From a virus, in the IMG/VR virus record IMGVR_UViG_3300045988_084596, positions 1 through 57,929 of that record: DNA of 57,929 nucleotides; one strand, written 5' to 3'. The stretch's first letter is position 1. Every line of letters begins with the position of its first letter. A program made the position numbers and the translations under genes. The notes beneath the pieces are model-generated. The model saw only the letters and a program-made list of their open reading frames with translations, had not been told where the DNA came from and did not search any database. Below, one piece after another: positions 25,032-36,713 of this stretch.

Positions 25032-26474
25032 TTAATATGCGTATTTAGACAATATATTATTGTTTAATGTAGCAGAAATTGTTAATTTACTTATGACTTC
25101 ATTAATTATATTACTACGAGTTAAAGCGTCTAATACATTTGGACCAGTATTTCCATACCACTTATTACCGGTAGAATTTTCTCCCCCAATAGAAACTATT
25201 TCATGACCGCTATTGCGAACTATATCATCACAAATATTATTTATAATACGCTAAATAGAAAAAACTTTACCATTAACAATAAGTAACTGACCAAGATGTC
25301 CTTTAGAAGAAGCTAGACCGCCAGAAGAAACCCATTCATTAAAAAATGAGGCGGCTACCGATGCACGAATATTATTAAAAGATTCTTCAAAATCTGATCC
25401 AGTGAACCTATGAGCAATCATATTATAAGCAAGATATTTTTCCGGCTAACCAGAAAAATAATCCCCTACATTCATATTTGAAAAAACCTAAATTCTATTT
25501 GCAGATTTCTTTTTATTCTACCACTTTGCATTAACATTAGCACTAATTTCTATATTAAATACTTGATTACCCTTAGTTACTGACAAATTAAAAACATCAT
25601 TATTAAAAACTTTAGCAGCACCTCTACTTCCATTGTCAGAAGTAGTATTCTATCCTCTATCAACCCACTTTAATTTCCCACCAGACTATTTAATAGCAGT
25701 ATCTAATATACTATCCGCAGTATTAATTCCAATAGATATACCTTCTGCGACTATAGCTTGACTAATCTAATTTCCAATAACTTTTCTAAAAATATATGAT
25801 ATTGTATTAGCAAAAGATCTAGAGCTTACACTTCCACCTTCATTTAATCTTGAAACCGCTCTACTCAACGAATCTATTACTTCTTTCGCTACATTGATAT
25901 CCCCATCTTCAATAGACATAACATAGTGCTGCTAAGAATTATCTATCTAAAAACTAGTACCAACTAGCGATCTTCCTATCTAGGTTAAAGCATCAAGAAC
26001 ACTGACATTTATCATATTGGCTTTCATAAGAGCCTATATCAATAATCTAAAAAAATCATTAACTCTTTTTATATCAGGTGTCCCATTAGCCAACAAATTA
26101 TTAAAATTGCCAGCCTATTGTAATATAATATTATAATTTTCAAAATTTACCTATCCACCGGCTAATTCAATTCCTTCATTGATACCTGCCGCGATCTAAT
26201 CAAGAGTAGAATCCAATAAAGTGCCAATCTATAAATCACTTAAAACTCTCAATCCACTCGCGGCAACCGGACCTTTAGATTGCATCTATTCTTGAATTGA
26301 TGCAATCTAAGTCTCAATTCCCGCAGTCTTCATTTTACTCATTGCCTCTTGATACTATCCACTAAAGAGAATATTTGCGGACTCTACATCTCCGTACTCT
26401 CTTAAATGACTGCTATGATAAACAATATAATTTAAAGACCAACGCTATACATAATCATAAATATTAACATCCAT
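25032..26474 (-). CDS. tail structural protein (~480 aa), many TAG codons
   Basis: RBS AAGGAGATATAGGAAT before ATG at 26474; in-frame TAA at 25032-25034. No ORF of 60 or more codons without TAG. Confidence 0.4.
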
Positions 26475-26533
26475 ATTCCTATATCTCCTTATAAAAAGAA
26501 AAAGGGAGGACTTTATTAAGTCCTCCCTTAAAA

Positions 26534-27925
26534 TTAAATGGTGTCATCGCTAACAGAGACTAACTTATTGCGCATTTTTGCGCCAGAATAAGTACTTGTG
26601 CTTTCTGCAAAACTGAGCTTGTTATTAATAGTATAACTCTTCTCAAAGTCTCCGTTAATCTTAGTAATCTTAGCTGTAATAGGAGTTGTATTACTCTCCT
26701 TAGTAAGAATTACTAATAGGCCATCTGCCAATTCTGCACCATCTACGGTTTGAGTCTTTGTATTGCCCTCAATACGGTCATCAGTAGAGAAGTATTTCTC
26801 ATATGCTGGGTTAGTTGTTACTACAGTATACTTGGTACTATCACTCTCTACTGGAATTTGGAGGCTAATTTGTGCGGCCTCTGGAATTGTATCTCCATAA
26901 GCCTCAGTGTCATAAGCCTTTCCTGTTACAGTACCAGTTACATCAAGCTCCGCCTCTGTGGCACTGTTAGAAACAAAATTTACAGTTACATCAGCAGCTT
27001 CACTCTCATAAGTACCAACATTCTCAGAGCATGGCTCACGAGAACCTTCGGTTTCCCCAGTTTCATCAGTAATTACCTGAATAGCGGCAAGAACTTTATG
27101 AGTTTGATCAAACTTAGTGTAGTCTGGGAAAGCGTCCATTGTGAATGTAAAGGTAGATGGATCACCGTTAGCAGCCATGCTAAATGTGAAGTTACTCTGA
27201 ACCTTGCAGTTAGGAATAATAAATTCAGCAGGCATATCTACGCCATCGCTCTCACGGCGGAATAGAGTAGAAGCTTCAAGATAATAGTTTCCGCCAAACT
27301 TATCAGCGGTAATCTCAATCATCTGGGCACCACCAGTACGCTTTACATAATAGTCAACTAAAACGATAGTACCAGATGGGAGCACTCCCGCATGAGAATA
27401 GCAAGTTAAAGTTGATTTTCCGTCCTCTGTATAAGAAACAGAAACAGGAATACATGGTTCAGCATTAACTTGACCATCATCTCCTAATACCATTACAAAA
27501 ATGTCAGCAGAACGATGATACATTTCATTTTCATGATCTGCAAATCCATTCCAGCAAGCTTTATCAGGAATCACGATAGTGTTAGCTGTTTCAACTTCTA
27601 CCTGAGAAGTTTGATGAACGTAAATTGGAGCTTCTTTTGTTGCATCAAGCAGACCTGCACCAGAAAGAATAGAGAAACTCTCTGGAGAAAGCAAAGCATC
27701 TTCCATTGTAAATGTTAGAGTACGCTCACCTTCCCAAGCAATCAATCTAGTATATCCACGTCCGCCCTGTGCGTATACAGTTGTTGCAGCACCTTCAAGA
27801 GTAGAGGTTCTTAAAGTGTCAAAGTACAAAACTGGTTCATTTTTATAGAACTTACGATTACCTAAAGTCTGATAGCTTTTGGCACGAAGTACTACATCGC
27901 AAATCTCACGAATACCAAAACGCAT
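26534..27925 (-). CDS. major tail (tube) protein with C-terminal Ig-like/Thr-rich region, 463 aa, TAG-free
   Basis: RBS GGAGGAATTAGCTC before ATG. Long uninterrupted ORF with a Thr/Ser-rich, Ig-like repetitive C-terminal half; position upstream of chaperone and tape measure. Confidence 0.5.
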   Translation of the reverse strand: MRFGIREICDVVLRAKSYQTLGNRKFYKNEPVLYFDTLRTSTLEGAATTVYAQGGRGYTRLIAWEGERTLTFTMEDALLSPESFSILSGAGLLDATKEAPIYVHQTSQVEVETANTIVIPDKACWNGFADHENEMYHRSADIFVMVLGDDGQVNAEPCIPVSVSYTEDGKSTLTCYSHAGVLPSGTIVLVDYYVKRTGGAQMIEITADKFGGNYYLEASTLFRRESDGVDMPAEFIIPNCKVQSNFTFSMAANGDPSTFTFTMDAFPDYTKFDQTHKVLAAIQVITDETGETEGSREPCSENVGTYESEAADVTVNFVSNSATEAELDVTGTVTGKAYDTEAYGDTIPEAAQISLQIPVESDSTKYTVVTTNPAYEKYFSTDDRIEGNTKTQTVDGAELADGLLVILTKESNTTPITAKITKINGDFEKSYTINNKLSFAESTSTYSGAKMRNKLVSVSDDTI

Positions 27926-27939
27926 GAGCTAATTCCTCC

Positions 27940-28665
27940 TTAATTTTTAGGATGTATATCTCGCATCCATGATTCAACTGGTTTATCTGGTTTGCCGCCC
28001 GCAAGACGAACCCGCAAGTCAACATCCCATTCAATAAACGCATTATATCTTTCCATCAAATCAAATATCTAAAACATATTTAGATTTAAGCAATCCTCTA
28101 AACTCATTGTATTAGATCCGATTGTCAAGATAGATATATAGCGTGTTAGAACACTCTCATTATTTCCTTTGCTTTTGATTTCTGCTACTTTTCGTCTACC
28201 GCGCATTAACTTTTCAGCAATTTCTTTAGCTCGGTCATTAGCTGGATTATAGATAACATTATTTCCCTAAAATAGACTGTTTACACACAAAATCTCTTTT
28301 AGTACGCTTTGAAAAATATCAAAGTTATTATCATCTATTAACAAAGGCTAATTTTCTCCTTGCTTAGTTAAAATTATTGAATTTCTAGTTATTACTGGTA
28401 TATAATCAGGAAATAATAATGTAAGTAGCATAATAACAGCATTTTTTTTATCTTTATCCTGTGACTATTCTAACACCTTCATCAATACTTGAAAATTAGT
28501 TAATGATGATAAAAGAGTTTCGTCCTATATTAATGATTCTTTATCTAAACATAAATATTGAACTGCCATAAAAAATTTTGTCTCTCCCATAAGAGCTATC
28601 TCTTTAATGACGGGAACGTGAATAGTAAGTTGTAATTCAGGAATGGGAATATCAATCCCGGCCAT
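27940..28665 (-). CDS. hypothetical tail-module protein (240 aa), several TAG codons
   Basis: ATG at 28665; TAA at 27940-27942, just before the major tail gene RBS. Confidence 0.35.
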
Positions 28666-28681
28666 TAAAGCTAGTCTATAA

Positions 28682-29218
28682 TCAAGCAAGCGGATTTACC
28701 TTATCTTCATTTCCGCGAATAGCAAGATATGTTAGAGACAAACCAGCAAATTCTTCATCATATATATATGGCGTAGCTGATACAAATTCTAGCTCTCCTA
28801 TACCCGTTAAATGAGTTCCATCAAGCATTGAATCTATCTCTCCCGCGATTCGATAAGGCCGTAAATCATAATCTCCCAAATCCCAATTATCATAATGACA
28901 AATAATATCAATACCAAATGTATTATCTCTATATTCAGGATTTGTAGAATTTCTAACCATAGTGCCATAGATCAATCTTAAATAAGATTTTTCTGGTCTA
29001 TCAACCTTTATCTTAGGAACAGCAGAAATCTACTTAGTATCAATCATTTCCTTTATCATATCTCCTGTAACGGTCGGTTTACTTTTCCAATCTCTAGTAT
29101 TATAAGTTAATAATTTCAAAACATTCTAATTAGAAAGTATTCTTTCCATAATCAGAGAAGCATCTTTCTACATACCTAACAAACTAGATTTAGGATACTC
29201 ATAAGTATTTTTTTTCAT
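28682..29218 (-). CDS. hypothetical head-tail joining module protein (178 aa), TAG codons, TGA stop
   Basis: RBS AAGGAGAGTGAATTGAA before ATG at 29218. Frame matches ORF 28682-28975, which ends on TGA. Confidence 0.4.
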
Positions 29219-29233
29219 TTCAATTCACTCTCC

Positions 29234-30208
29234 TTAAAATAAAGATTCTACTACAATAACTTTTTCCAGTACAGTATTATCCTTCTTCCATACTAGAGTG
29301 AATTGACCATGAGTAGTTTTATTCCACACCAACTAAACAGATTTATTTCCATTTGGACATAAAGTTACAGGAACATTCTTTTCCAATATTGACCAAGCTC
29401 CATTAGCTTCTTCTACAGAATAAGATTCTTCTATCATTGGTTTAATAAAAGTCTCTCCCATAATCCCGCTATTTGGAGTAGGATCTTCTGGTTCGAATAT
29501 TAAACCATCTTTCATACTATTTTCTATATCATCAGTATCTCTATTTATATAATCTTCTTCTGCACTCACTTCAATTACATTCTTCATACTTATATCATCT
29601 GGAGCCTAAACTTTCCAACATCTTCCAGCGAACAAAAATTCACTATATCTATCAAAAGCATGAATAGTTTTTTCATTTCTTGGCATAAGTATGTTTAAGC
29701 TAAGATTAGGTTTATCCAATCTTTCTTGATTCTTCTAAATAGACTCGATTTGGGTTTCAACTGGACCTCGAATCGCAGCCCAAGTCTAACACCAATTCCC
29801 TTCCTAATCTTTAAACTTAATTCTATATCTACAACGTCTTATTTCCCCTCTAAAATAAGCGTCCTCAGTTATTTCTTCAAGATAAATTATCCAATGAGTG
29901 CCAGTTTTTTTCCACTCAAAGACATCTCCAGGCGCATATTGATTAATATGATCTATGGAGATTATCTTATCATCATAGTCCTGTTTCACTTTATCTGGAT
30001 TAATAAGCGCACGACACATAGGATAAATATTCATATCTGGATCAACAGCATCTAACGTTGCATCTAAAACCTAGGTTGACTTCTAGACTAATTGAACAGT
30101 ACAGGCTTGATAAGAATATAATAATGCTTTCTAAAGAGTTCTCCATTTATCTTTGATCATTCTATCTTCCTAGTGAATACCACCCTACCATTCAAATCTT
30201 TTTCGCAT
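29234..30208 (-). CDS. hypothetical protein (324 aa), TAG codons
   Basis: ATG at 30208. Frame matches ORFs 29804-30034 and 29333-29587; TAA at 29234-29236. Confidence 0.4.
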
Positions 30209-30212
30209 TAAT

Positions 30213-30538
30213 TCAAGATTCGTCATCTCTAATCACCTACGCCAACAAATCAATACATCTAAAGACTGTTTTTCGATAAATCATAAAATCATTACAGACA
30301 TTTGAAGATAACCCTTCCAGTTTAGACAATAAAATAAGTCCCTCAACTCTATCTTTATATATTTTAACCAATCCACTAATTTCTTCTGTTATTACATTCA
30401 AATGATTTACCCAGTCTTCATTATTCTCTCTCATTGGAATTAACTTCCATAACTAATTAATCAATCTCTTTAAATCCTACTCTTTTGTTTCTAATGGGAA
30501 ATTAATATCATATTTATCCATCAAAAACACTCGTCTCT
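30213..30538 (-). CDS. hypothetical protein (108 aa), TAG codons
   Basis: ATG at 30538; reads through TAG at 30237-30239 to TGA at 30213-30215. Confidence 0.3.
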
Positions 30539-30711
30539 CTTAATGTTGACCAGTTTGATTTATAAGAGCCTTGATTATCAATTAGTTTTCTTCTTTTATA
30601 GAGACGCTGCATATGATGACTTTGACGTTCTGCTTCCTTTTTCAACTCTATTAATTTGGCTAAATGATTGGCCTAGGAAGTCATTTTAAAATCTGTTCCA
30701 GAATATTTCAT
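30524..30711 (-). CDS. small basic protein (62 aa)
   Basis: ATG at 30711; one TAG; TAA stop. Confidence 0.3.
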
Positions 30712-30717
30712 TCTCGT

Positions 30718-31072
30718 CTATTCTATTGAAGCCACCTGGCGTTGCAACCAAGTATTATACATTAGAATAGCAAGAATGTTTATTTCTTCTGTCGTTAAAT
30801 GTGCAGAAAAGGCTGGAATAATAGTTGCTATTCCAGTCTCTTCATCATTGTTTTCTATATTGGTAAAACTGTATAATGGAAAACGAGGGAATTCAAAACC
30901 AGGAAGAGCATCCATTAATATATTATATAAATCTTTTTCGGTATCTTCCTATGTCCATTCCATATACATATCATCAGTAATTTTACCAAAAAATCTATCA
31001 TAAATTTCTTCAAAGGGGGTCGGATCGCCCTAAATTGGATATTTTTTATTATCCATGGCTATAACCTCCCTT
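30718..31072 (-). CDS. head-tail connector-like small protein (118 aa), 2 TAG codons
   Basis: ATG at 31072, directly downstream of the 177-aa gene; position in a head-completion cluster. Confidence 0.35.
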
Positions 31073-31075
31073 ATA

Positions 31076-31609
31076 TCAATCAGAAATAGCTACTCTGCGT
31101 TTTGGAGCATCCTCACTTGTAGTTGACACTCTTCTTACAGGTTTCTCTTCCTTAGGATTCTTTTTATCATCTGCTGTTAATTCTAATGCTTTAGTAACAT
31201 TAAATCCTAATTGTTTTTCCAAAGCATCTCTTTTAGACATATCATTTAAGGGAAGAGAAATAGCATGGGATTTAATCAGATCTTTGGTGCCTTCTGGAGC
31301 AAAATCAAGAGCATCCTTAAATTCATCTAAAGAACACGTATTCATCCAAGAATCAATCTCTTCTTCTTTCATCCAATACTCTGGTTCAACCCTACCATTA
31401 ATAAGATATTTAACAATCTCTCTATCATCTACAAGCAAGTAATTATAAATTAATTTGCGGCCTCCAGGTGTTTGTACTAGCTTTTCTAGTTCAGATACTT
31501 CAAGTTCCTTGTGTTCTCCAGGGTAAAACATACGGCGCACGCCCAATTCAGGCAATCTATATACAACACGACCTGCGCTTTTATTATAAACAGTGCAACT
31601 ATTTTTCAT
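31076..31609 (-). CDS. hypothetical head-module protein (177 aa), TAG-free
   Basis: Complete ORF from the track, immediately downstream of the major capsid gene. Confidence 0.45.
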   Translation of the reverse strand: MKNSCTVYNKSAGRVVYRLPELGVRRMFYPGEHKELEVSELEKLVQTPGGRKLIYNYLLVDDREIVKYLINGRVEPEYWMKEEEIDSWMNTCSLDEFKDALDFAPEGTKDLIKSHAISLPLNDMSKRDALEKQLGFNVTKALELTADDKKNPKEEKPVRRVSTTSEDAPKRRVAISD

Positions 31610-31673
31610 AATTTTTATCTCCTTTTTCTCAATAAATAAAAGGGGATAGGGATATTTCCCTATCCCCTGTCAA

Positions 31674-32726
31674 TTAACCATTATTTGGATTTGGGTTAGT
31701 ATTATCAAGCTCGCCTTGAAGTTCAGTATCAACATAAGAGAAGATGTTATTCGCCATCATTACACCGACACCAACCTTACGGTAAACCTGAATATCACGA
31801 GACCAGTCGTCATTATCATCGCGTTCGCGCACGTGGGTAGTACCCTCAAAAGCAACTTTTACAGGACGGCTCTCAGCTCCGCCAGGAATAATCCAAGCAT
31901 AACCTGGATCGATCATCTTTTTGGAGTTAGTCTCATCCTCAAGAGTTTGAGGTAGAATTACCACTCTAGTTCCCTTGTAATTTGCAAGATAACCAGTTCC
32001 CCAATACTGATCTCTCATATTGTCAGAAATCCAAGCATCATTGTCTGGAATCATTTTTACTGCAAACTCACGAGTGCAATAAATAGTTGGCTGACCATAA
32101 GCAGTAGCAGTATTTACAAGATAATCCATAGTTGGTTCGTCAAAACCAGCAACAGCACAACGGTTTGCTGCGGGAAGCTGATTGATAGAACCCATAAGAG
32201 CTTGAGCAATCTCTCTATAAATAAGCTCTTGCATACCCTCTGTTACAATTTGAGTAAGTTCTGCAAAGTTTACTCTTCCGTCAAGGAACTCCTCAAATCC
32301 GATACGAGCAGCTCCACCAATGGCGCTTGTTCCAACTTCAAAGCTCTCAGAACCAAGCTTAAAGGTCTCATACACACCAGCAAGTCCCACACGAGTAATG
32401 AATTGCTTAGCGCGAGTAAGTCCAGTTCTACGAGTAAATACAGGCTTGTCGCCTTGTGCGAAAGTTCTAATCTCAGCAAAATTGCCATAAGAATTGAGTA
32501 AACGATTAGGAACAACTTCATCCATAGTCTGCTCAATTAAAGAGAATAGAGTATTTTTATTTTCTCTATAAAGTTCATCTGTGCCAACAAATTCATTTAG
32601 CTCATTACGCAAAGTGATATTTAAAGCGTCATAGCTAAAAGACTCTCCTTGATAGCTATAGGTACCAGAAGGATTTGCATTAGCGACAGTTTTCATTAAA
32701 CTAAGTAAATTAGCTTTATCTAACAT
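31674..32726 (-). CDS. major capsid protein (HK97-fold candidate), 350 aa, TAG-free
   Basis: Uninterrupted ORF downstream of scaffold and decoration-like genes. Size and composition are typical of HK97-like capsid proteins; followed by hairpin GGGGATAGGGA/TCCCTATCCCC. Confidence 0.65.
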   Translation of the reverse strand: MLDKANLLSLMKTVANANPSGTYSYQGESFSYDALNITLRNELNEFVGTDELYRENKNTLFSLIEQTMDEVVPNRLLNSYGNFAEIRTFAQGDKPVFTRRTGLTRAKQFITRVGLAGVYETFKLGSESFEVGTSAIGGAARIGFEEFLDGRVNFAELTQIVTEGMQELIYREIAQALMGSINQLPAANRCAVAGFDEPTMDYLVNTATAYGQPTIYCTREFAVKMIPDNDAWISDNMRDQYWGTGYLANYKGTRVVILPQTLEDETNSKKMIDPGYAWIIPGGAESRPVKVAFEGTTHVRERDDNDDWSRDIQVYRKVGVGVMMANNIFSYVDTELQGELDNTNPNPNNG

Positions 32727-32745
32727 TCTTCTTCACTCCTTCCAA

Positions 32746-33435
32746 TTAACCTACACGCTGTACTTTTACACCAGGTTGAAGATCTGGCATAGTATACACT
32801 TTTACTACTGCAAAGATAGGATCTAAATCTCCACCTTTAGCAGAAGTTTCAGTATCTTTAGTTAAATATCCATCAGTATCAATCTTTAGACGATCGCCTA
32901 CTGCAAGTTCTCCGGCATTAGCCTTAATGGTATTAGTAGTCCAAATATCACCAATGCTAATCTTAATTACGCGAGGTACCATTTTAGTTCCTTCTGGCAT
33001 CAATGCAGGATAAGTAAATGTCTCCATATTTTTCTTATATGCTACATCACTACCTTCGCGTACAGCTTCTCCGGTATAATCACTTATTGTAGCAAGTGTA
33101 GAAACTGTTTGTCCAATTGGACTATATACACGAGCATTATAATTATCCTTAATCATAGCAAAATCAGCGTCAGTTTCGCGATCTCTATAAATCTTTACTT
33201 CATTAAATACCATCATCCAAGCGCCAGAAGTAGCTTCCGTACTAAAATCGCATACGCCTTTTGCATAATCATACTTTACAAATTGACCGTTCTCAAGAAT
33301 CTCAATAGTGCTAGCTGCGGGAAGCTGAGCATATACTTGACCATTTCTTGGAGCGGAAAGATGGTTTGGCTCCACTTGACCATATCCATACTGGACAAAA
33401 GTGGCATTACCTAATCTTTTAGAACTCTTAGCCAT
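32746..33435 (-). CDS. capsid decoration or second capsid-associated protein (229 aa), TAG-free
   Basis: Sits between the scaffold and major capsid genes. Confidence 0.4.
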   Translation of the reverse strand: MAKSSKRLGNATFVQYGYGQVEPNHLSAPRNGQVYAQLPAASTIEILENGQFVKYDYAKGVCDFSTEATSGAWMMVFNEVKIYRDRETDADFAMIKDNYNARVYSPIGQTVSTLATISDYTGEAVREGSDVAYKKNMETFTYPALMPEGTKMVPRVIKISIGDIWTTNTIKANAGELAVGDRLKIDTDGYLTKDTETSAKGGDLDPIFAVVKVYTMPDLQPGVKVQRVG

Positions 33436-33448
33436 TCTTTAATCCTCC

Positions 33449-34066
33449 TTAAATACTGCTTTTAGCAGTTTCACGAATTGCTTTTACCCAATCAGGAACG
33501 TTGTCAGTTTCTGGATTATTTAAATTAAAAAGTCCCTTTGGGGTATTATCTTCTTCTTTATGCTTTTCTTCAAGATTGAAATTTACTTTATTTCTAACAC
33601 AAAGAATAGATAATTTAGCTTCAATATCATCTAAAGAATAAGTATCAATATGCTCAGCGACATCTTTCTTATCCTCATCACTTAACATATAGAAACTATC
33701 AATCATTTGTTGTTTACTTTGACGTTCAGCATTAAGTTTAAATTCTCTTAGTACTGTAACTTCATTATCTAGATTAGTTTTTTCTTGCTCAAGAGCAGAG
33801 TACTTAGTCTCTAGATCGGTAAACTTTGTAAGTAACTCTGTATATTCTGTTACTTCTTCAAGATTATACTTCTTATCTTGAGGAGCGTTCTTTTCCTTCT
33901 CTTTCTCGGAAGTTGGAGCAGGATTTTCAGAAGTCTTCTTATCCTCTTCAGGATTAGGAGTATTTTTCTCGAAATCGGTAGGTACTTTATTCTCTTTCTC
34001 CATAGGTTCTTGAGAGCCTCCTTTATTTAAAGTTTCTTTTAATTGATCCATCATAGAATACATCAT
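33449..34066 (-). CDS. scaffolding protein (205 aa), TAG-free
   Basis: Highly charged, Glu/Lys-rich with predicted coiled coil (TELLTKFTDLETKYSALEQEKTNLDNEVTVLREFKLNAERQ). Lies between the portal/protease and capsid genes. Confidence 0.6.
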   Translation of the reverse strand: MMYSMMDQLKETLNKGGSQEPMEKENKVPTDFEKNTPNPEEDKKTSENPAPTSEKEKEKNAPQDKKYNLEEVTEYTELLTKFTDLETKYSALEQEKTNLDNEVTVLREFKLNAERQSKQQMIDSFYMLSDEDKKDVAEHIDTYSLDDIEAKLSILCVRNKVNFNLEEKHKEEDNTPKGLFNLNNPETDNVPDWVKAIRETAKSSI

Positions 34067-34078
34067 AGTTTTAAGTTT

Positions 34079-34664
34079 CTAAAACTCTTGATTATTCTCT
34101 AAAGAAAATTGAGAACTAAATTGAGCTCCCTCGAAACAAGGCTCAACATTTTCTCCGAGAACACATAATTTCTCAATCAATGCCTCATTGTAGATAAAGA
34201 TTCTTTCATTTGTTTTATCATCTTTTGTCCAAAATCCTGATTGGTTTTCTTCATTCAATTCCATAGAATGGTTATTGCCATTCTCCAGGATTCTTTTAGA
34301 TTCTGGATAAACGCTAGTCCAAATGTATACATCTGTCACAAGATATTCTCTTTCTACGCCTTCATCATTGAACTTCTAAAACCATACATTTGCATTTGTA
34401 GGAACAAATCCATATGGTCTTGTAGTATCAACAATAGCAAACTTACCATCTCGAACAATAATTTCTCTGTTGTGGCCTTCAAAATCATTTATTTCATGAT
34501 TAAAATATCCAACAATAGGACTTCCTGGTAGTTTACGTCCCATTTCCGCGGCCACTTCTTTGGTAATTACAGTATGGTTGCGGTTAGGTTGCTACCCAAC
34601 GTAGCAAACTTTGCAGACACCTTTACTAACTAGAGGAGAAATCTAAGTGTTCTAAATATATTCC
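34079..34664 (-). CDS. possible prohead protease or other head maturation protein (~195 aa), 4 TAG codons
   Basis: RBS AAGGAGGGATTGAACTTGC, then ATG at 34664. The frame reads through TAGs into ORF 34079-34339. Assignment rests on its position between portal and scaffold only. Confidence 0.3.
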
Positions 34665-34710
34665 ATTGTATTTAAAATGGGAACACTAATATGCAAGTTC
34701 AATCCCTCCT

Positions 34711-36336
34711 TTATGACGAACTTTCTTGATTAGCTATTGTCTTATCTGACTTTTCGCCATCTTCTTTTTTGGGCCTGCCGGCTCCATTAGTATTAGTTGA
34801 ACTTGTCTACTTATTCTAAGAATTAGTTTTAGATAACTAATTATTATTACCCAAATCTTTTCCGCTTCTGGTATTAGAACTCATAGGTGGAATCATAATT
34901 TCTGCCAAATTCAATACTTCGTTCTCAAATGTTAATGTAGCTAATATACTCGATTGAGAGTGACCTAAAGCAATCTGTGGCAACATCTTAGAATAACCCA
35001 GTTGAGCGTGCTCTTTATATAATTTAGATAACTCTTTATAATTAAACTAGGTAGTTTCTAACATTTCCGCTCTAAACTCATAATGATTTTTGCGATTAAA
35101 TTTCTCTACTACTCGATTTAATAAATCTGTAAACATGAGAGGAATATCTCTTACGCTAGATTCATCTGTCAAAATAGAATTTGTAACTGCAATATTGCCA
35201 TCTGCATTAAACAAATTATGAGTTACACCTGAGTTATTATAAACTGTACGTTCAACTTTTTCCAAATCGTCTGTTGTTGTATTAGAATTATTATCTTTTG
35301 TATCAATTTTTTCAATATCTGCAAAAGTTGTTAATACATCTACACCAATAGCTCGTTTTAACATAGTTACAGCATTATTATGAATATCCCTTGCTTCATC
35401 AACATCAAAAATCAAATCTCCATTTTTATCAAGAGGCAACTTCTAAATAATAATTTTTAATAATTGTTGCATTGTCTTTTGACGATCTAATTCTTGCGCT
35501 TGATCCAAATCAATAATAGAAGGAATAACCCCAGCTAGAAAAGGAAATTCATTATCATTTAGACTAAACTTTACAGAAATACTAGGATCTAGTGGATACC
35601 ATACAGTAGTATCACCTGGATAATCCCCTTTTAATTTTCCCTGTTTATAAAGAATATATGCCTTTTGAATGTCCTGTGGAAAAATCTTTAATATCTAGAT
35701 TTTATACTGCGGATTGGCAAAATAAGTGTCAAAAAACTAAAGATTTAATTCTACTATTGGATTAGGGCCCTAGAAATATCTACTTCTGCAATATGAAGCT
35801 GGTAATTTCTAAATTGCAAATCTATCTCCAAAATCAACAATTACACCATAATAAGCTCCTTCTTTAATAATATCTAATGATATATTTCCAAGCATTCTCT
35901 TCACACTAGATTTATCAAGGTAAAGCAAGACCTTTGAAAAATCTTTCAATAGCTTATCTTTATCTTTCTACGCATCTACTGTGTATGGAGTAATATACCA
36001 ATCAAATCTATATAAGAAGGCTAAATATTTACATAATCTATAATAAATACCGCTACTTTCATAAAAGTAATTAGAAATCTCTCTTAAAGTCTTGTAATCA
36101 TGCTTATAAATAGCATTTAATACAAACTTTTTATCTCCATAATTTCTATTTATCTTTTTATATGTGCCTAGATTAATAAGCGCATCATCCACAGACCGTA
36201 ATCCAACTCGCATTTTTGCATAATCAACAGTATCATAGTTCAAAAAATCTTCTTCCTATTGATAACGAGTAATAATACCTCGATCTAGTAGATCAAAACC
36301 TTTAGCTCTTATTTCTTCCTATCGACGTTTTAACAA
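34711..36336 (-). CDS. portal protein (~541 aa), many TAG codons
   Basis: RBS GGAGGTGATAT then TTG at 36336. One frame contains ORFs 35968-36243 and 35047-35439 and ends at TAA 34711-34713. Position directly after terminase large subunit and the nuclease insert. Confidence 0.55.
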
Positions 36337-36354
36337 AATATCACCTCCAGGTGT

Positions 36355-36710
36355 TAATATCCAGCTTTACTCATTAAATAATCATAAGAGATGATATTTT
36401 CCTCCGTATAGGGAACTTCAATGAGGGTAATACCTTTTAATGCACAAAATCTACGCTTTTGATTATCATTATATTTCTATTGGTATAATCCTCTATTTCC
36501 ACCAAATTTACTAACAGCCTAATAATGCTATTTACCCTGATACTCAATTAAAAAATCAAGATTTCCATCATCATCAAAAACAGCAAAATCAAAACGAAGT
36601 GGCCTGCCACTTGGCGCTTTCAGCCCAGGAAACTCATACTCTTCTTTAAAGTTCATGCCATTTTGCTCTAATATCTCATGAATTTTAATTTCTCCACGAC
36701 TGGCCTTCAT
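36355..36710 (-). CDS. PD-(D/E)xK-type nuclease-like protein (118 aa), possible homing/selfish endonuclease
   Basis: Motif FDFAVFDDDGNLDFLIEYQGKQH (D...ExK core). ATG overlaps the terminase large subunit stop; two TAG codons; TAA at 36355-36357. Confidence 0.45.
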
Positions 36711-36713
36711 ATC

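Noticed and set aside
26750-27265. 171-aa plus-strand ORF, with similar plus-strand ORFs at 27515-27718, 31716-31955, 32202-32501, 33109-33414 and 34241-34531
   Set aside because: These are antisense to well-supported TAG-free structural genes (tail tube, major capsid, decoration). Their composition is low-complexity and Cys/Ser/Ile-rich with no RBS, typical of shadow ORFs.
29461-29480. GGTTCGAATATT, resembling a tRNA T-loop
   Set aside because: It lies inside a coherent minus-strand coding frame (29234-30208), with no complementary acceptor or T-stem sequences around it.
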